A stretch of 64,000 nucleotides of DNA. It comes from Acanthaster planci. Lineage: Eukaryota. Under the pieces are notes generated by a model. It did no database searches. It was not told the DNA's origin and saw only the letters and a list, made by a program, of their open reading frames with translations. A program made the position numbers and the translations under genes. Below, in pieces: positions 51,170 to 63,953 of this stretch; positions within the stretch are counted from its first letter, which is position 1, and each line of letters begins with the position of its first letter. The stretch is taken from assembly GCF_001949145.1 (NCBI RefSeq), contig NW_019091358.1, positions 3,156,535 to 3,220,534 on the forward strand, in the 5' to 3' direction.

Positions 51170-51898
51170 TCAATTCGTTTCATAGTACCTACAGCCATCC
51201 TCTAGGTTTAAGTACTTGCCCTGGTCGACCTGGGCGATGGTGACATTATTAAGTTGACACGCCTTCCCGGACAGGTTGAAGGAGTGGCACTTGGGATCTT
51301 TGATGCAGGCAATGCAACACTGAAGGGGGCTCTTGGTCTGGGTAACGGAGAAGGTGTGGTTCAGTAGGCAGCAGCTTTGGGTCGAGTAACCTCGAGTTAG
51401 GCTGATGGCAGAACACTGAAAGGTTCTGGTGAGACTTGTGGCAGGACGCTCACATATGGTGTACCTCCAACGAGAACAATCAGTTCCAAACCACCGCATT
51501 CCAGATTTAGCCAGTACCACACATCGATTATCAGGCCCACTGGATGTGTCGAATGTATAGTACCCTTCAGGGCCAGTGAGATTCTGAAAACACATCAGTG
51601 TGTTGTTAGGTAATTTGGCCATACAGCCCAGCCACAAACTTCTCTCAGGATTCGGCCACGTTTCTTTAAACAGCCCGTAGAGGAAATCATTCTCAGCCTT
51701 TGAGTTAGGAACGGCCAAGTTGCTGTTTATCCTTTGGCAGGTCTCTTGTGCTTTAGCCATTCCCAGCTGAGTGTCTATGACGGCCATCCAACAGGACTGA
51801 CAGTTGGGAATCCAGCCCAATGGACATCTGGGTAGAGTGTCTAGTGAGTGGATTCTAGCTGCTCCAAGCAACAGGACAAAGAGTTTGCACAACACCAT
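51170..51898 (-). CDS. Secreted C-type lectin-like domain + PAN/Apple domain protein (242 aa, single coding exon)
   Basis: Signal peptide MVLCKLFVLLLGAARIHS. CTLD motifs CPLGW, SCW, AQETCQ, LAVPNSKAENDFL, LWLG, CVV…W…C…ICE. PAN motif CCIACIKDPKCHSFN…CQLN. Confidence 0.9.
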   Translation of the reverse strand: MVLCKLFVLLLGAARIHSLDTLPRCPLGWIPNCQSCWMAVIDTQLGMAKAQETCQRINSNLAVPNSKAENDFLYGLFKETWPNPERSLWLGCMAKLPNNTLMCFQNLTGPEGYYTFDTSSGPDNRCVVLAKSGMRWFGTDCSRWRYTICERPATSLTRTFQCSAISLTRGYSTQSCCLLNHTFSVTQTKSPLQCCIACIKDPKCHSFNLSGKACQLNNVTIAQVDQGKYLNLEDGCRYYETN

Positions 51899-53342
51899 TA
51901 TTTGAGCTCAATTTGTGTGCCGCTTTGTTTTTTTGTGGTGCTTGCCGTGTGTTCAAAAGATCTTCTGTGTGGTTTTCAACTCGCAGTTGATTTCGAATTG
52001 CGCAGTGGCGGGGAAGGATAATTCAAAGAGAGCCGTCTATTACCTTCTAGCTATGTGCGCTGTGTGAATTATGTGACGGCGAGGCCAGTAATTTCAACGA
52101 TCCCAGCACGCGATCGATTATTAAGCTGACTAGAGAAACACAAAACGTTGTAGCTATTTCCAGCGATCGGCTCCTGCCTGCTCATTTTGAACGTTATTAC
52201 ATGTATTAACACACCTACATTAAAATCGGGCTCCATGAAAATGGAAGACGCGTGAAAACACATATTAAGGATAAATTTCATAAATTCAGCAAAACTGTTT
52301 CCATATGCTACGTGTTTTGCACGATGCACTAAACTTGAAATTCTGAGATACCCTGACCAGCCAACATGCAGTCTGAGAGGTTTGCAAAATCAAAACCATG
52401 CAGCTTAATTCTCCCAATTAAACACGATTGAAACCCTAATTAGCACAAAGTATGAAGTAACAGAAACCGATCCAATTGGCAAAACTCAACCTATTACAGC
52501 CAGCAATAGAGGAAGTTGGAAATTAGACACTATTATGAGCCCCGGACTGGACCAAGAGAGGGCGCAATTTTCAGAGTTAAAGACTTGAGCCACCTGCTTT
52601 AGACTCGAATCGGACTGGAGTCGCTATTTTTGTGACTCATTATTTGACTTGTAATTATCAGTTTTGATTTGTGACTTGACTTGGACTGCCACATTATGAA
52701 TTGTGACTTGACTGTGACAAAAAGTACTCAATCTAACTCACTAATATAACGTTTAGAATTAGGCCTATCAATTAGGCCAGTCGTGTTATGACACAAACAT
52801 CGTCGTCGGACAAAAATTTTATTGAGACTTCCACCAAATTCCGTAAATCATAATACAGTTGGGGCAAACACTTGATACAAAAACAGCTTTCCTCAATTTT
52901 TCGCTGTTTGAAATAATTGTGCCAACTTTTTCTCCACGAGGTCAGACAAATTGTATCTCAACTAAAATGTTCATAGCGTGTAGTTCAATTGAAAATTCTC
53001 AGAGACATTTATTATGGTTCAAAAATCATTCATTGAGAAAATTTACATCTACCCCCTAATTGCCGTTCAAAAACACTTCAGAAAGTGGTCCACTGCAACT
53101 ATGAGATGTGACAAAAATACAGAAACAGGCACTACATATTAGGGTTGGTGTATGTAAGATTTTGATTTTTTTTTTGTAAATATAAAGAATTATGAATCAT
53201 ATCTATGGGTGTTCATTTGACGCATACACCATGTACATTAAGTATAGACCCATCTTGTCTGTCTTCATGAAAAGAAAAGTTGGTAGGAATGAGTGTGAAG
53301 TTGTGAAATTCGAGGAAAACTGTTTTGTTTTTGTTCTACCAT

Positions 53343-54992
53343 GGTGTATATAAACTTTTTGCCTCAACTGTACAGATACGTGTACATGTAGGCCCATACT
53401 CTAACACAATGATCCTATCAATCTGTAGTTTTAAGTTATAGTTATCTGAAAAAACTTTATCCCCTCTCATAAGCATTTTGCCGGGAATCAACTATATATC
53501 ATTTGAAAATGAAGTGTATCACATATGTTTTGTTTTCTTCACGGCTAACGTTTGTCAATTGATATTTGCAATTAAAAATCAACAAATCAAAAGACAGTAA
53601 CAATGATTTCGATCGAGTTGACATACCACTCCAAAAAGTACTTGACTTCTGTGTTTGATATCGTTTGTTTCAATGTTAATAGGTTAACAAGTCAGTATTT
53701 TTCATGAATTTGTATGGTGGTTAATCAAGTGATTCTGGTGTTTCAAAGTTTCAAGTAGGCCTGACGGTGAACGCATATATCATTAATTTTAAGATTGTAA
53801 CAGGCATATCGTTAAGAAATTATTGTCAAAGTTTTAAATGATCTTTCACTTCTCTCTGGCAAGTGGGACACATTTTTAGGGAACGCAAACACCATTATGA
53901 TTTTTTTCAGAAAGTATTTGTGTTTCTTCAAGTGTGTGTTCCGCTATGCAGAAAGGGGTATTTTCAATTTTCAAAAGGAAACCTGAACTGGAAAACTGAA
54001 CGATGTCTTACTCAAATGAGTTCCATAACTTAGACGGCTTATAAATAGCGAAGTTCAAATTCGCTTCATTAACTATAGAGCAAAACGCCAGAAAACTTGG
54101 AACATTCACAGCCCTGAGAGCTTAGGTAGAAAACTGGGCTTTTCGAGATGTGAAACGTTGAGATGCTGTCTCCAAGTACAATTTGAGATAATAAGATCTA
54201 TTTGATTGTGTGTCGATTGTTTGCTCACTACGACGTTTGTGACCAATCATCTCAATGCTGAGTGCTTCGGTAAAAGATCGTGTAACTTCTGTACTCAATA
54301 GAATGAACTCGCCAAATTAAATGGAATATTACGCAAGTTATTTCTTACTCTGTGTACTGCATGTCTTTCAAGCGTTAGGCCCACAAGTTCGATGTAGCTG
54401 CAATATTCTCCTTGTTTCAGGAAACGTACTTGCCCTGTTCGACCTAGGCAATGGTGTCTTTGTCGAGTTGGCACGTCCTCGCGGATAAATTGAATGATGA
54501 CTGGCATTTTGAGGTCCTTGAAGCAGGCAATACACTAAACGCGAGGCTCTTGATCTGAGTGTCAGAAAAGGTGTGTTCCAGTTACGTAGACAGTAGAGTA
54601 GCTTCGTGTGTTGCCAGTAAGAGACTAAGGCTGCAGAGCACTGAAGGGTCCTGTTGAACCTTGCTGCTGGCCACTTACCTCCATCCGCTAAGTCCCATCT
54701 TTGACATCACTACACGTCGTTCATTGGGCCCTTTGGGGCCAGAGTAATTCTGAAATCACGCCAGTGTGTTATAAAGCAGTTTGGCCGTACACCCTAGCCA
54801 CGAAGGTTTTTTTTCTGTTCTGGCTAAGTTCCTCAATACAGCCCATACAGGAAAGCATTCTCGGCCCTGCTGTCAATTGCCAACTTCGTTCATCCAGGAG
54901 GACTGATCGTTAAGTATCCCGCCTGATAGGCACGATAGGCCCAGTGAAATGTAAAACACGAGAAGTGTCTTCAAAACACAGTTGAGAACAGT
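53343..54992. repeat. Segmental duplication, copy B
   Basis: Aligns with 41792-44185. Confidence 0.9.
54295..54990 (-). pseudogene. C-type lectin + PAN/Apple family pseudogene B
   Basis: Paralog of pseudogene A (IACFKDLK, TCQLDKDTIA*, GEYCSYIEL), with stops and frameshifts. Confidence 0.85.
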
Positions 54993-55570
54993 GGTTTCCT
55001 ACAGAGTCAGCGTACTTCAACAATTACGTATTCCATAACATAGCTGACAAAATCTGAACGAATAGGTTTTCCTCTTCCACGAGAAGATCGTTTAATAGGT
55101 TTTCCTCTTCCACGAGGAGATCGTTTTACCTATTCCAGTGGCAAAATAATTGCCTCCACGCAGTTACGTGCAGATGAGCTACCGTCTGCCGATCTCACTG
55201 ACTCAGTCTTGTGCAAAATTAACCTGAAGGTATTGCTACTATATAGGCTAGATTTAAATTGCATTTTGTCAAGTAAACTCGCAGGAAGCTGCTATATGTG
55301 AATTGATGTTTACCAACCAATAAAAAATATTGAAATGGTAATTTGCATTTGGAGGAGCCTTGTGATCGTTCCCAGCTTATCTGCCTTAAGCAGGGTGCAA
55401 ATGCTGCAGTGCATCACCTAAGACTGCTGGTTTCTTGTGTTTGACCGAAAGGTTGGAGGGCACTGCGTAGTGCACAGTAGTGGTCACATTTACACTTACG
55501 CGCATTATATACAGTATGCAAACTTGTCTACGAATATGTAGAGGGGCCATCTTAACACGGGGGCCATCTT

Positions 55571-56329
55571 CTATGTCCACTTCATTTCAAAGTAGCCGCA
55601 GTCCTCCCCGACTTTCAGGTACTTGCCGTGGTCCACCTGGGCGATGGTGACATTGTTTAGTTGACACGTCTGCCCGGACAGATTGAAGGAGTGGCACTTG
55701 GGATCTTTGATGCAGGCAATGCAACACTGAATGGGGCTCTTGGTCTGGGTAACGGAGAAGGCGTGGTTCAGTAGGCAGCAGCTTCGGGTGTGGCCAGCAT
55801 GATTGAGACTGATAGCAGAGCACTGAAGGGTCCCGCCAAACACCATAGCAGGCTGTTCACAGATGGTGTACCTCCAACGATGGCAAACAGCTGCGAGCCA
55901 CTGAGTTCCACCTGTAGCCATCACTACACACGTGTGATCATCCCCATTCGATGCACTCGATGTGAGGAATTTGTTGTGCCCTTCAGGACCAGGGAACTCC
56001 TCAAAGCACGTCAGTGTGTCGCCAGGCAGTTTGACCGTGCAGCCCAGCCACAAATCGCTCTGAGGGTTTGGCCAAGTTTCCTGAAACAGCTGTACCAAGA
56101 AGTCGTCCTCGGTCTTTGAACTAGGAACGGCCAAGTTGCTGTCTGTTGAAAGTTGTTGGCATGCTGTCTGAGCTTCGGCCATGCTAACCTGGTCCTGAAT
56201 AGCCATCCAGCAGGACTGACCATTGAGTATCCAGCCTGGTGGACATCTGGGTAAGGTGACAAGTGGATTTACAAGATCCGCTAAAAATACTAAGTGGAGC
56301 AGCGTCCCCAAGACACAGTTGTGAACCAT
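55571..56329 (-). CDS. Secreted C-type lectin-like domain + PAN/Apple domain protein (252 aa, single coding exon)
   Basis: Hydrophobic N-terminus. CPPGWILNGQSCW…LWLG…ICE, then the PAN motif CCIACIKDPKCHSFN…CQLN. Clear paralog of 51170-51898. Confidence 0.9.
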   Translation of the reverse strand: MVHNCVLGTLLHLVFLADLVNPLVTLPRCPPGWILNGQSCWMAIQDQVSMAEAQTACQQLSTDSNLAVPSSKTEDDFLVQLFQETWPNPQSDLWLGCTVKLPGDTLTCFEEFPGPEGHNKFLTSSASNGDDHTCVVMATGGTQWLAAVCHRWRYTICEQPAMVFGGTLQCSAISLNHAGHTRSCCLLNHAFSVTQTKSPIQCCIACIKDPKCHSFNLSGQTCQLNNVTIAQVDHGKYLKVGEDCGYFEMKWT

Positions 56330-56683
56330 GTTTTCCTCGAAGCTGACAGTGTTTAAATGTCGAAGTTTTTCGTTAACAAAACTTTAATGGAAAATCTAAT
56401 TGAAAAGGTTTTCCTTTTTTACGAGCAAATTGCTTTTACCTGTTCCATTGGCCGCATAGGTGCCTCCACTAAAAGACGTCGTATCAAGTTTCAGATACAG
56501 AATTCTAACGCTGAGCTCTGCAAGAAACAAACTCTTCAGCAATTAATAACATGCTTGGAAATATGCTTCACGCAGAGCCCAATAACAATTCAGCTTCGAG
56601 CGGAATTGGTGAGTTGTGTGACTTGGGTCCCGTTAGTAATGGCCAATAGCTGAACTAGATTTCGGTAATTAAATTTACCCGAC

Positions 56684-56723
56684 GTTGCTATGGAAACTGA
56701 CCAGGGTGCGTAGCTATGGCAAC
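56684..56723. promoter_or_regulatory. Pair of RFX X-box-like motifs upstream of the lectin gene
   Basis: GTTGCTATGGAAAC (56684-56697) and GTAGCTATGGCAAC (56710-56723) both fit GTNNYY-AT-RRNAAC. Confidence 0.4.
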
Positions 56724-59700
56724 ATCATACAGTACAGAATAACAGGTCCACGTAAAAGTATTGAAAGTGACAATTCGTCTCTTTTGGCACGTTGCATTGG
56801 AAAGCGGGGTCGTTATGACACATCTGTATTGCGTTGTGGTTGATCGATGTCAATTGACCATAACAAACTGAGTCCTTTTGGCCATTTTTTTGTTAATATC
56901 CGGCAATTCGTTGATGCAATTAATGTGGAATTGTTTTGCCCACTTCAAAAAAATCGATAGGCGTAAAATGGAAGGTTAACAGATACGGTCGAATATCATC
57001 CATTTACGTGCTTGCCAAAGAATTGATTGCATCAGTCAAGTTTCACTTAGTTCGCCTATGACTTGTGAAGGAAACCTGTCTAATTTTATGAAGGTGATTT
57101 TGAAAGTATTTGTGCCGCGTCCCTCGTCGTCACATTGGGCACTTTTTTGGGGGGGGGCTCAGTGCTTTTTGCTAGGCCGATGTAGTGCGACCGACCAATG
57201 CCCACCATCGAGCAAAAGGAGTAAAGCACCCCAGCCAACGGGGTCTACGTGCATTTCCAATGAAAACTGTCAACAATCATTTTATTAATTGAATCAAACT
57301 GCTTTATTAGATTTCTGAGTGTAGAGTTTGATAACATTTCATTACAGTACTGGATTCTTTAAAACAAATGAAAGGACACAGGCCTATACAGCATCAAGAA
57401 TTGGGCTTTTCACTTCAATTTATTCATACAATTCAACCATGTTGAGAGACGTATTCAGCAGCACATTCAAACAGCGCCTGCATACTTCGGGGCTACAACA
57501 TGATAGATGTGAAACAACACTTGAAAAGTTGTATTTGTACATTTCAGAACTACAAGAAGAAAGCTGAAGATGCTTTCAGGATCATTTCCCTCAAAAATGT
57601 CTCAATTTCCATGTTTGTACTGTTCAAGAGCGCACCATGCAATGTCCACTGATTATTTTTGTCTTTGGTTGAAAATACAGTTTTTATGATTAATAATGGT
57701 CTTAAAACATTACTGAATCTATAAGCATACAAACGATAAAATTGTGAATTAAAATAAACTTTTCATTTCATTCTTAAAGCACACCTCCATTCTTTAAAAA
57801 ATCTAAAATCACGACCTGTATGGGTAACTAAAACGTAATGTTACAGTGACGTCAGGTGCATGGATTACTAACACTGAGAAAAACAGAAGAAATCCCCTCC
57901 AACAATATTCCCAACCTCCCCACCTTGCTATGTTATCACAAATCAGGACACAGCGTCCAAACAATGTGCATTTTTTTCATACAGGCCTTGAAACTGTACA
58001 TTTGCACCTCAATTACTTTTTAATTTTGTTTTGCTGCTTTCAAGTGTACATCGATGCCTGGACTGGCACTGTAAAATTCAAAAAGCGGGGGGGGGGGAAT
58101 CGCTGGACACACTATACTAGAGACGCGGTTCATAATACAGATGTAATCTTTACATACAAACCTTGACCTCCACATAAAATGCCATATTTACAGCTTCTGA
58201 TGCGAAAGCAAAGACGAAAGCGAATTTGTGACGTCAGATCAGGTATTCACACTGCCAATTTGTGACCAACCCAACCCAATCCAACTTTTTTTTCTCCCCA
58301 CAAAAAAATTAGGAGAGATGATCCAATAGTCCACCCCATGGTAAAAAATGGGGGAGAGGAGTGTTTCCTTAACCCCTCCCCCGATTGACACCCATGACTG
58401 AAATAAAACAAAGCCCTTTTTGCACAACTTATCTGAGCACCAGATTTCTATTTCTTGTGGGCCCACTTCGGAAGAGGAAATGTTTTCCATTTCACCCTTC
58501 AAGAGGTAGTTCACAATATTGTGCCACCAGAGAGGTTGACACAGGAGCAAGGCCATTCTCCAAGATCAAGGTCAACAAAAGCATGGCCACCTTGTCGCAA
58601 TCTGCGGTTGAGCGTATGTCAGTAGAAACGTTTTGGGTAAATTTGTGTATAGCTTGGGACATTCCATGCTACAGAGAGAAGAGATGAGTAATGAAAACTG
58701 CCACTCAAACACTAAAGAATCCTCCGACGTAAAAACATCAGGAACAATTCAAGCTCCCTGCCTGCAGCCAAGGCATAGTAATTGATGACCATTTCCTTCA
58801 ACTTGCTACGAAAGATGGCCTTTCCGTGCCAACCTCTTGGTGACACAGAGTATTGTGATTGTGAATTGTCGTGCACTGATTGTCAAGCATGAAGATTACT
58901 CGGTATGATTTTGTTCTTCCCTTATTCCTCCATTTGGCTTGCAATGTGGCAGTACTGTTGAGCCAAAGACTAAGGAATAGCATCTTATTTTTAAGAATGC
59001 CTCATTATTTGGGTTGCTCTAGAAAGAGTCCATTATTAAAAACTAATCTTTGTACATTAAAAATATGTCCAAATTAAACAAGATCATTAAAAAAATTTAA
59101 ATATAAGAGTTTTGTCCAAAGCTAGAAAATGTTACCTGAATCAATTGGTCTAAGTAATTATAAAATAAATCTCAAAATGCTTACACTGAATATTGAATAT
59201 AACATTGGCAAGTATTTGATTTGATGGTGTAAATTTCAACATGTACTCAGAAAGGTTACAATATAGTACTACAATATTTGGAATGAAAAATATAGAGTTT
59301 TATATAAGGTGAGTTGTAACAGTTTGTACATTTTAGGTTGCAAATATTAAATATGAGTTGTATTTGCTCAATAGTACCAATTATGCGCATGATCACTTGA
59401 TAATACGACCCTCCTGTATGAAAGAAAATGTTATAAGAATTTATCACGCATCCATGTTTTGTTAACCCTAACACTCCCAAATCCTCCAATTTCAATACAA
59501 TTTTACATACACCCTAGGGGTTAGGGTTAAGATATTCCGTCTTCATGCTGGAATGGATTCATTACCATCATCAGAGACTGCTGCAAAAGGTATGATATGT
59601 ACTGATTCTACATGGCTTGCACTACCGTTCATTAGTGATTGATTATCCTGAAAATGAACGAAGCACACTACTTGAATCGTCAAGACCTTTCCACACCACT

Positions 59701-60400
59701 AGCTCTTTTCAGAGCCAACACTTTTGAACATTCCCAACCCAGGGACACAATATCTGTTGATCCTTGCAACTGATACTTAAAAACCATTTATTTACTCTTA
59801 AAATCCAGACTACATGCATTTTTAAATACGTCTGCATAACTCAGGATACGTAGAATCAGGTTTATTGCCTCAAATGCCCAAACATGTCACAAACAGGACT
59901 GCAAGGCGTAACAACAGGGGGACCACTTTTGTAACATGTTCCTCCTCCTAACAGACATCTGTGCCCCACCCACTCCACTGGTGCCCTCCCCACCCCCAGT
60001 GAACACAACCCATACACAAAATCATACACAACCCACAATTTCAGAACTGGGATTAGAAGCCATTACTGCGGTGGCACAACGTGCATAAATAGGTAACACG
60101 CGTGCGTGACATGCCACTTGGACCAATAGGGTGTCATGATTTGCCCAAAGCGCGCTCGCACCTCAGGATCAGGAATGTGAGTGTGACTGCGATGCCACCG
60201 CGGTTGGCGTCTCCTCGGATTAGTCTACACAAGCCCCATTTCATTTGCTTTCGGTGCTCCCCATTGAAACAAAACCACTGCACCCCTAGGTTCTCTGCAA
60301 GAAGATCCACCCAAGTTATGCAACAGTTCCCAAATAAGACTCTATTCACAGAATAAAAGTCCTTTATGACATGTCAAATCTGACAGGGGGTGGTGAATGC

Positions 60401-60496
60401 TCAACAAAGGCTGGCATCTCCATCGATTCCATCCATCTCTGCAGCCCTTCCATCGGCTAAGCCTCGTGTCAGCATGACAGAATACTCGTACAGTGT
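60401..60496 (-). CDS. PTP-domain gene, last coding exon
   Basis: TTCTTTTGTGGCAG acceptor, phase 0. Reads TLYEYSVMLTRGLADGRAAEMDGIDGDASLC*, continuing the PTP C-terminal helix (FIYR|TLYEY). Confidence 0.75.
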   Translation of the reverse strand, partial: TLYEYSVMLTRGLADGRAAEMDGIDGDASLC

Positions 60497-62714
60497 CTGC
60501 CACAAAAGAATGTAGGTTACATTAGCAGACCTTCCAATGTTGGCTATCAAGAATTCGGAATCCTTATCCCCAAAAGTCAGAATTTTTCATGAAATATTAT
60601 GGAATATTCTCCATATTACCATGAACAAGTAAAAATCAGCGATGCATTGTACAGAAGTCGAATCTGTGTCTGTGATGATGTACAGTAACACACGTACTCA
60701 CCGATTCCACAAAATTTTGATTTCCACAAGAGTTTACATCATCTGAAATGGTCCACAATAATTTTTCATCTCCTGAATGTGTAGATTCAACGTGAAATTC
60801 AGCAAAAAATTCATCGCGCTGTGCTTGCACATTTGACATAATCGTGATTGATTTCACAGCAGCCTTTAGTCTTGGATCCAAACATTCTTAGCTACGGTTC
60901 CTGGCAAAACCGGGTACCGCACAACACATACAATGTTAGTTACAATGTAGCTTGTTGATAGACGGCATATTTGTCCATGAACAATTTCAGTATCACGTCC
61001 ATATATCAAGTCCATCTCGCGGCTGGTACGTGTCAAAAGAATGCGCTGCCAGGGACGTGGCTCATGCAAAGTGCACTGCAATGACTGTTCAGGTCGGTCG
61101 GATTAGTTGTATTACGGTACATACACAAGATTACATGGACAGTTTCTGGTAATACACTGGCGTGCCAAAATTGCGATTTGGCAGAAATTTTAGGGGCTAA
61201 ATCGGAATGGCGGAAACAAAGTGAAAATTTTCTGCCAAAATCGGGAGCGTTGGGAGGTCTGCATTAGGGTTTTCTTGAAATTCAGCTTCATCGCCCAGTT
61301 TTGGATTCGTGGGATGTTTAGACCTCCCTTGACCTGGGGTGACACGAGATCAGCAAATGCGTTTGTGTTGTGATTCAAAAACACAGAAATCATCTAATAT
61401 GAAGCCAAAGTTTACAGCTTTTTCCATTTGACCTTGAAAGACTTTTCAAAAATATGATAGCCTGTGGTAAATGAAGCTGGAGACAAAGGATGGGTTTGGA
61501 AAATGGCTTTTGTTTAAAAAAAGAATGTCGCTTTAAAATCCACAGGGATACTTTATGTGTCCTGTACATGTACAGAAGAGACATGTGCCTGCTGACGGCC
61601 GAAGCGGGGGCGTCAGGAGGGCCATTTCCCCCTCCCCAACTTTTTGCAAGTCCTGTAATGAGGCGGGCCTTTATGGATTGGCCCATTAATGGCTGATGCC
61701 TGACAGTCTCACAACTGGCCCCCTTACTCTACAAATTGCTCCGCGGCTTGGTGGATATGTCACAAGGATACAGACAGCAGCTCTAAATTGCTAGATTCAT
61801 AATTGGGTTCCTGCTGGATGTGATGAGCTTAATCCACCATACAAGGTTTACGACAGACAGTGCCCCTGCTTGTTTCACATAAATCTGGACCTTGATCTGT
61901 GGTCCTGATGCTAGTTCACTGCATCCCTTAGTCAGGTTCTGGTGTTCGTGAACCAATGAAGGAGTACTGATTCAGTTTTAGATCTGTGCGAGACAAACAA
62001 GCCCAGTGTCTCTGCAAGTGTGTCCACACCTCATGCACTGTTATTATCAAACATGTCCCCAAGGTATCTCAGGATTTCTGAGAGGCTGGGGCAACACTGT
62101 GAACACTAAGAACAAAGAGTGAGGGCGCTTTCATTGCATCTTGCACAGCATGTGCCCAATGCCCATTAAATGGAGCAGGAATTCTGTACAAAGTGTCAAC
62201 AGCAATGTGGCATGCATCAGTAGAGGTGACTGTTTGGGGGAATGGTGGGTGAGAATATTACAGACAACCCACCGCACACATTTCCATTTTGTCTGTTTAC
62301 TGGTCCACTGAGTGATCATTGGTACTGATCAGAGACCAGTTTGCTGAAAAATCTAACCCATCTAATCGCACATGACACAACTAGACGAAATCAAACATGT
62401 TCGATATTCCACATATGCAAGCAAACACTCTAATTCCAACGGAATTGATGTTTAAGTTAACAAATTGGATTTACAAAGAATAGTTGTAAAAATTGAAACA
62501 GTAGACCCCTCCAACACAGTCAGCCAACATGCAACTTTTCATCATGATACATTCATCACAAGACTGATCACCATTTGACTGGTTATGGAATGGAATTGAT
62601 GGGTTACCTTATGGTATATCATAATGTGAATAAAAACTGTATTGGTGATATAGTGCGAAAGTTAACTGGGAAAATGAAAGGTGTACGGCAGGTGTGACAT
62701 GCAATCCTACTCAC

Positions 62715-62874
62715 CCTGTAAATGAAGACATAGTGGTCCCTCTGTAGTACTGCCGCCCCACGGTCATGCCGGATGCTGCAGACAATGGACGGGACGTCCA
62801 CGGTGCACAGATCCTCCATGCTCCGCATAGCACTGTCTATGGAGAGCAGGGTACCGGTCCTTCCGCAGCCATCA
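62715..62874 (-). CDS. PTP-domain gene, penultimate coding exon
   Basis: TTCAG acceptor and GTGAG donor. (S)DGCGRTGTLLSIDSAMRSMEDLCTVDVPSIVCSIRHDRGAAVLQRDHYVFIYR. Phases match both neighbouring exons. Confidence 0.9.
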
Positions 62875-63798
62875 CTGAATGAAAGATAAGCAAAAACCTG
62901 ATTGGTAGGCGAGTAAGTGACAAAGCTAATATCCAAAAGAAGGGCATAATTTTCCATGTCTGCCTGAGCATCGTATGGAATTCAGGGCAACATATCTGAT
63001 TTTGTTTCCTTGTTCTTATTAATTTCTTTTAAAATCTGGAAAGCAGGGAACTGAGTTTATTCCAACCTCATGCTTTACAACTGATTACTCTTTTCTATGA
63101 TCACAGTTACTTGTGCTTTGAAGAAATTTTCACTCCCCATTCTTCAGACTTGATTTGCACGAGAGGAAAGATCCCCATGACAGATTTACTTCCCAGCTGT
63201 TAAATCCTGTTCAATTTGGCAGCTGCTACACATCAATAACTAGTGGATATTCTTCAGCTTCCTCCTGGGAGGCATGGGATAATCCAAATTATAGCTTGAA
63301 GTCTGGACCTTTCTGTCACATTTCCAATTTCTTTTTTTTCGATCAAACCTTTCAGTGACAAAACACTTCAAATAACAGGGTAACACTGTGCGATTTTCTG
63401 ATATAAGAATGAAGATACATTATTTTGGTATCAACATTATCCCTGGGTGAAACATGCTTACCAAGAACCAATGTCACAGTGATATTGTGATCTTCAAAAA
63501 GTAATCATGATAACACTTCAAGAAAACAAGGTGATAAAATAAAAAGTTTTTAAATAAACCAACTACTGTTATGTTCAAAGTTCAAGAATTCAGAGGTTTT
63601 CCCAATTCATATTAGACTTAAATGAAATCAAATGTCCCATGATAAGAATTTCTTTTCGGCCAGATCTCAAAAAAAGGTCTTGATGACAAGCAAAGAGTGC
63701 GAGGGAATTGGGGCTGAGTTAGCATCAATCCATATTAATAACCCAATATGATGCCCAAATCAATCAATTTTTCTTTTAACAAACTACTCCCTGCCTAC

Positions 63799-63953
63799 CT
63801 GCAGTGGACCACTACCGGACCGTAGCTTTCCTGTACTGTCTGCCTGACTTGCAGGAGGAATGATAGCAGTAGGGTGGGGCAGGAGGGCACCAGGTTGCAG
63901 GCTACCGGCCACTGGGTGAACCAGAAATGGTTGATGGGACGGCACAGATTTTT
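63799..63953 (-). CDS. PTP-domain gene exon (WPD-loop region to VHC); the gene continues beyond the window
   Basis: TTCAG acceptor and GTAGG donor. KNLCRPINHFWFTQWPVACNLVPSCPTLLLSFLLQVRQTVQESYGPVVVHC(S). A phase-2 intron in the HCS motif joins it to the next exon. Confidence 0.9.

Noticed and set aside
62619..62957. 112-aa ORF as a standalone gene
   Set aside because: Only 62715-62874 is exonic. The flanks are intron read-through.
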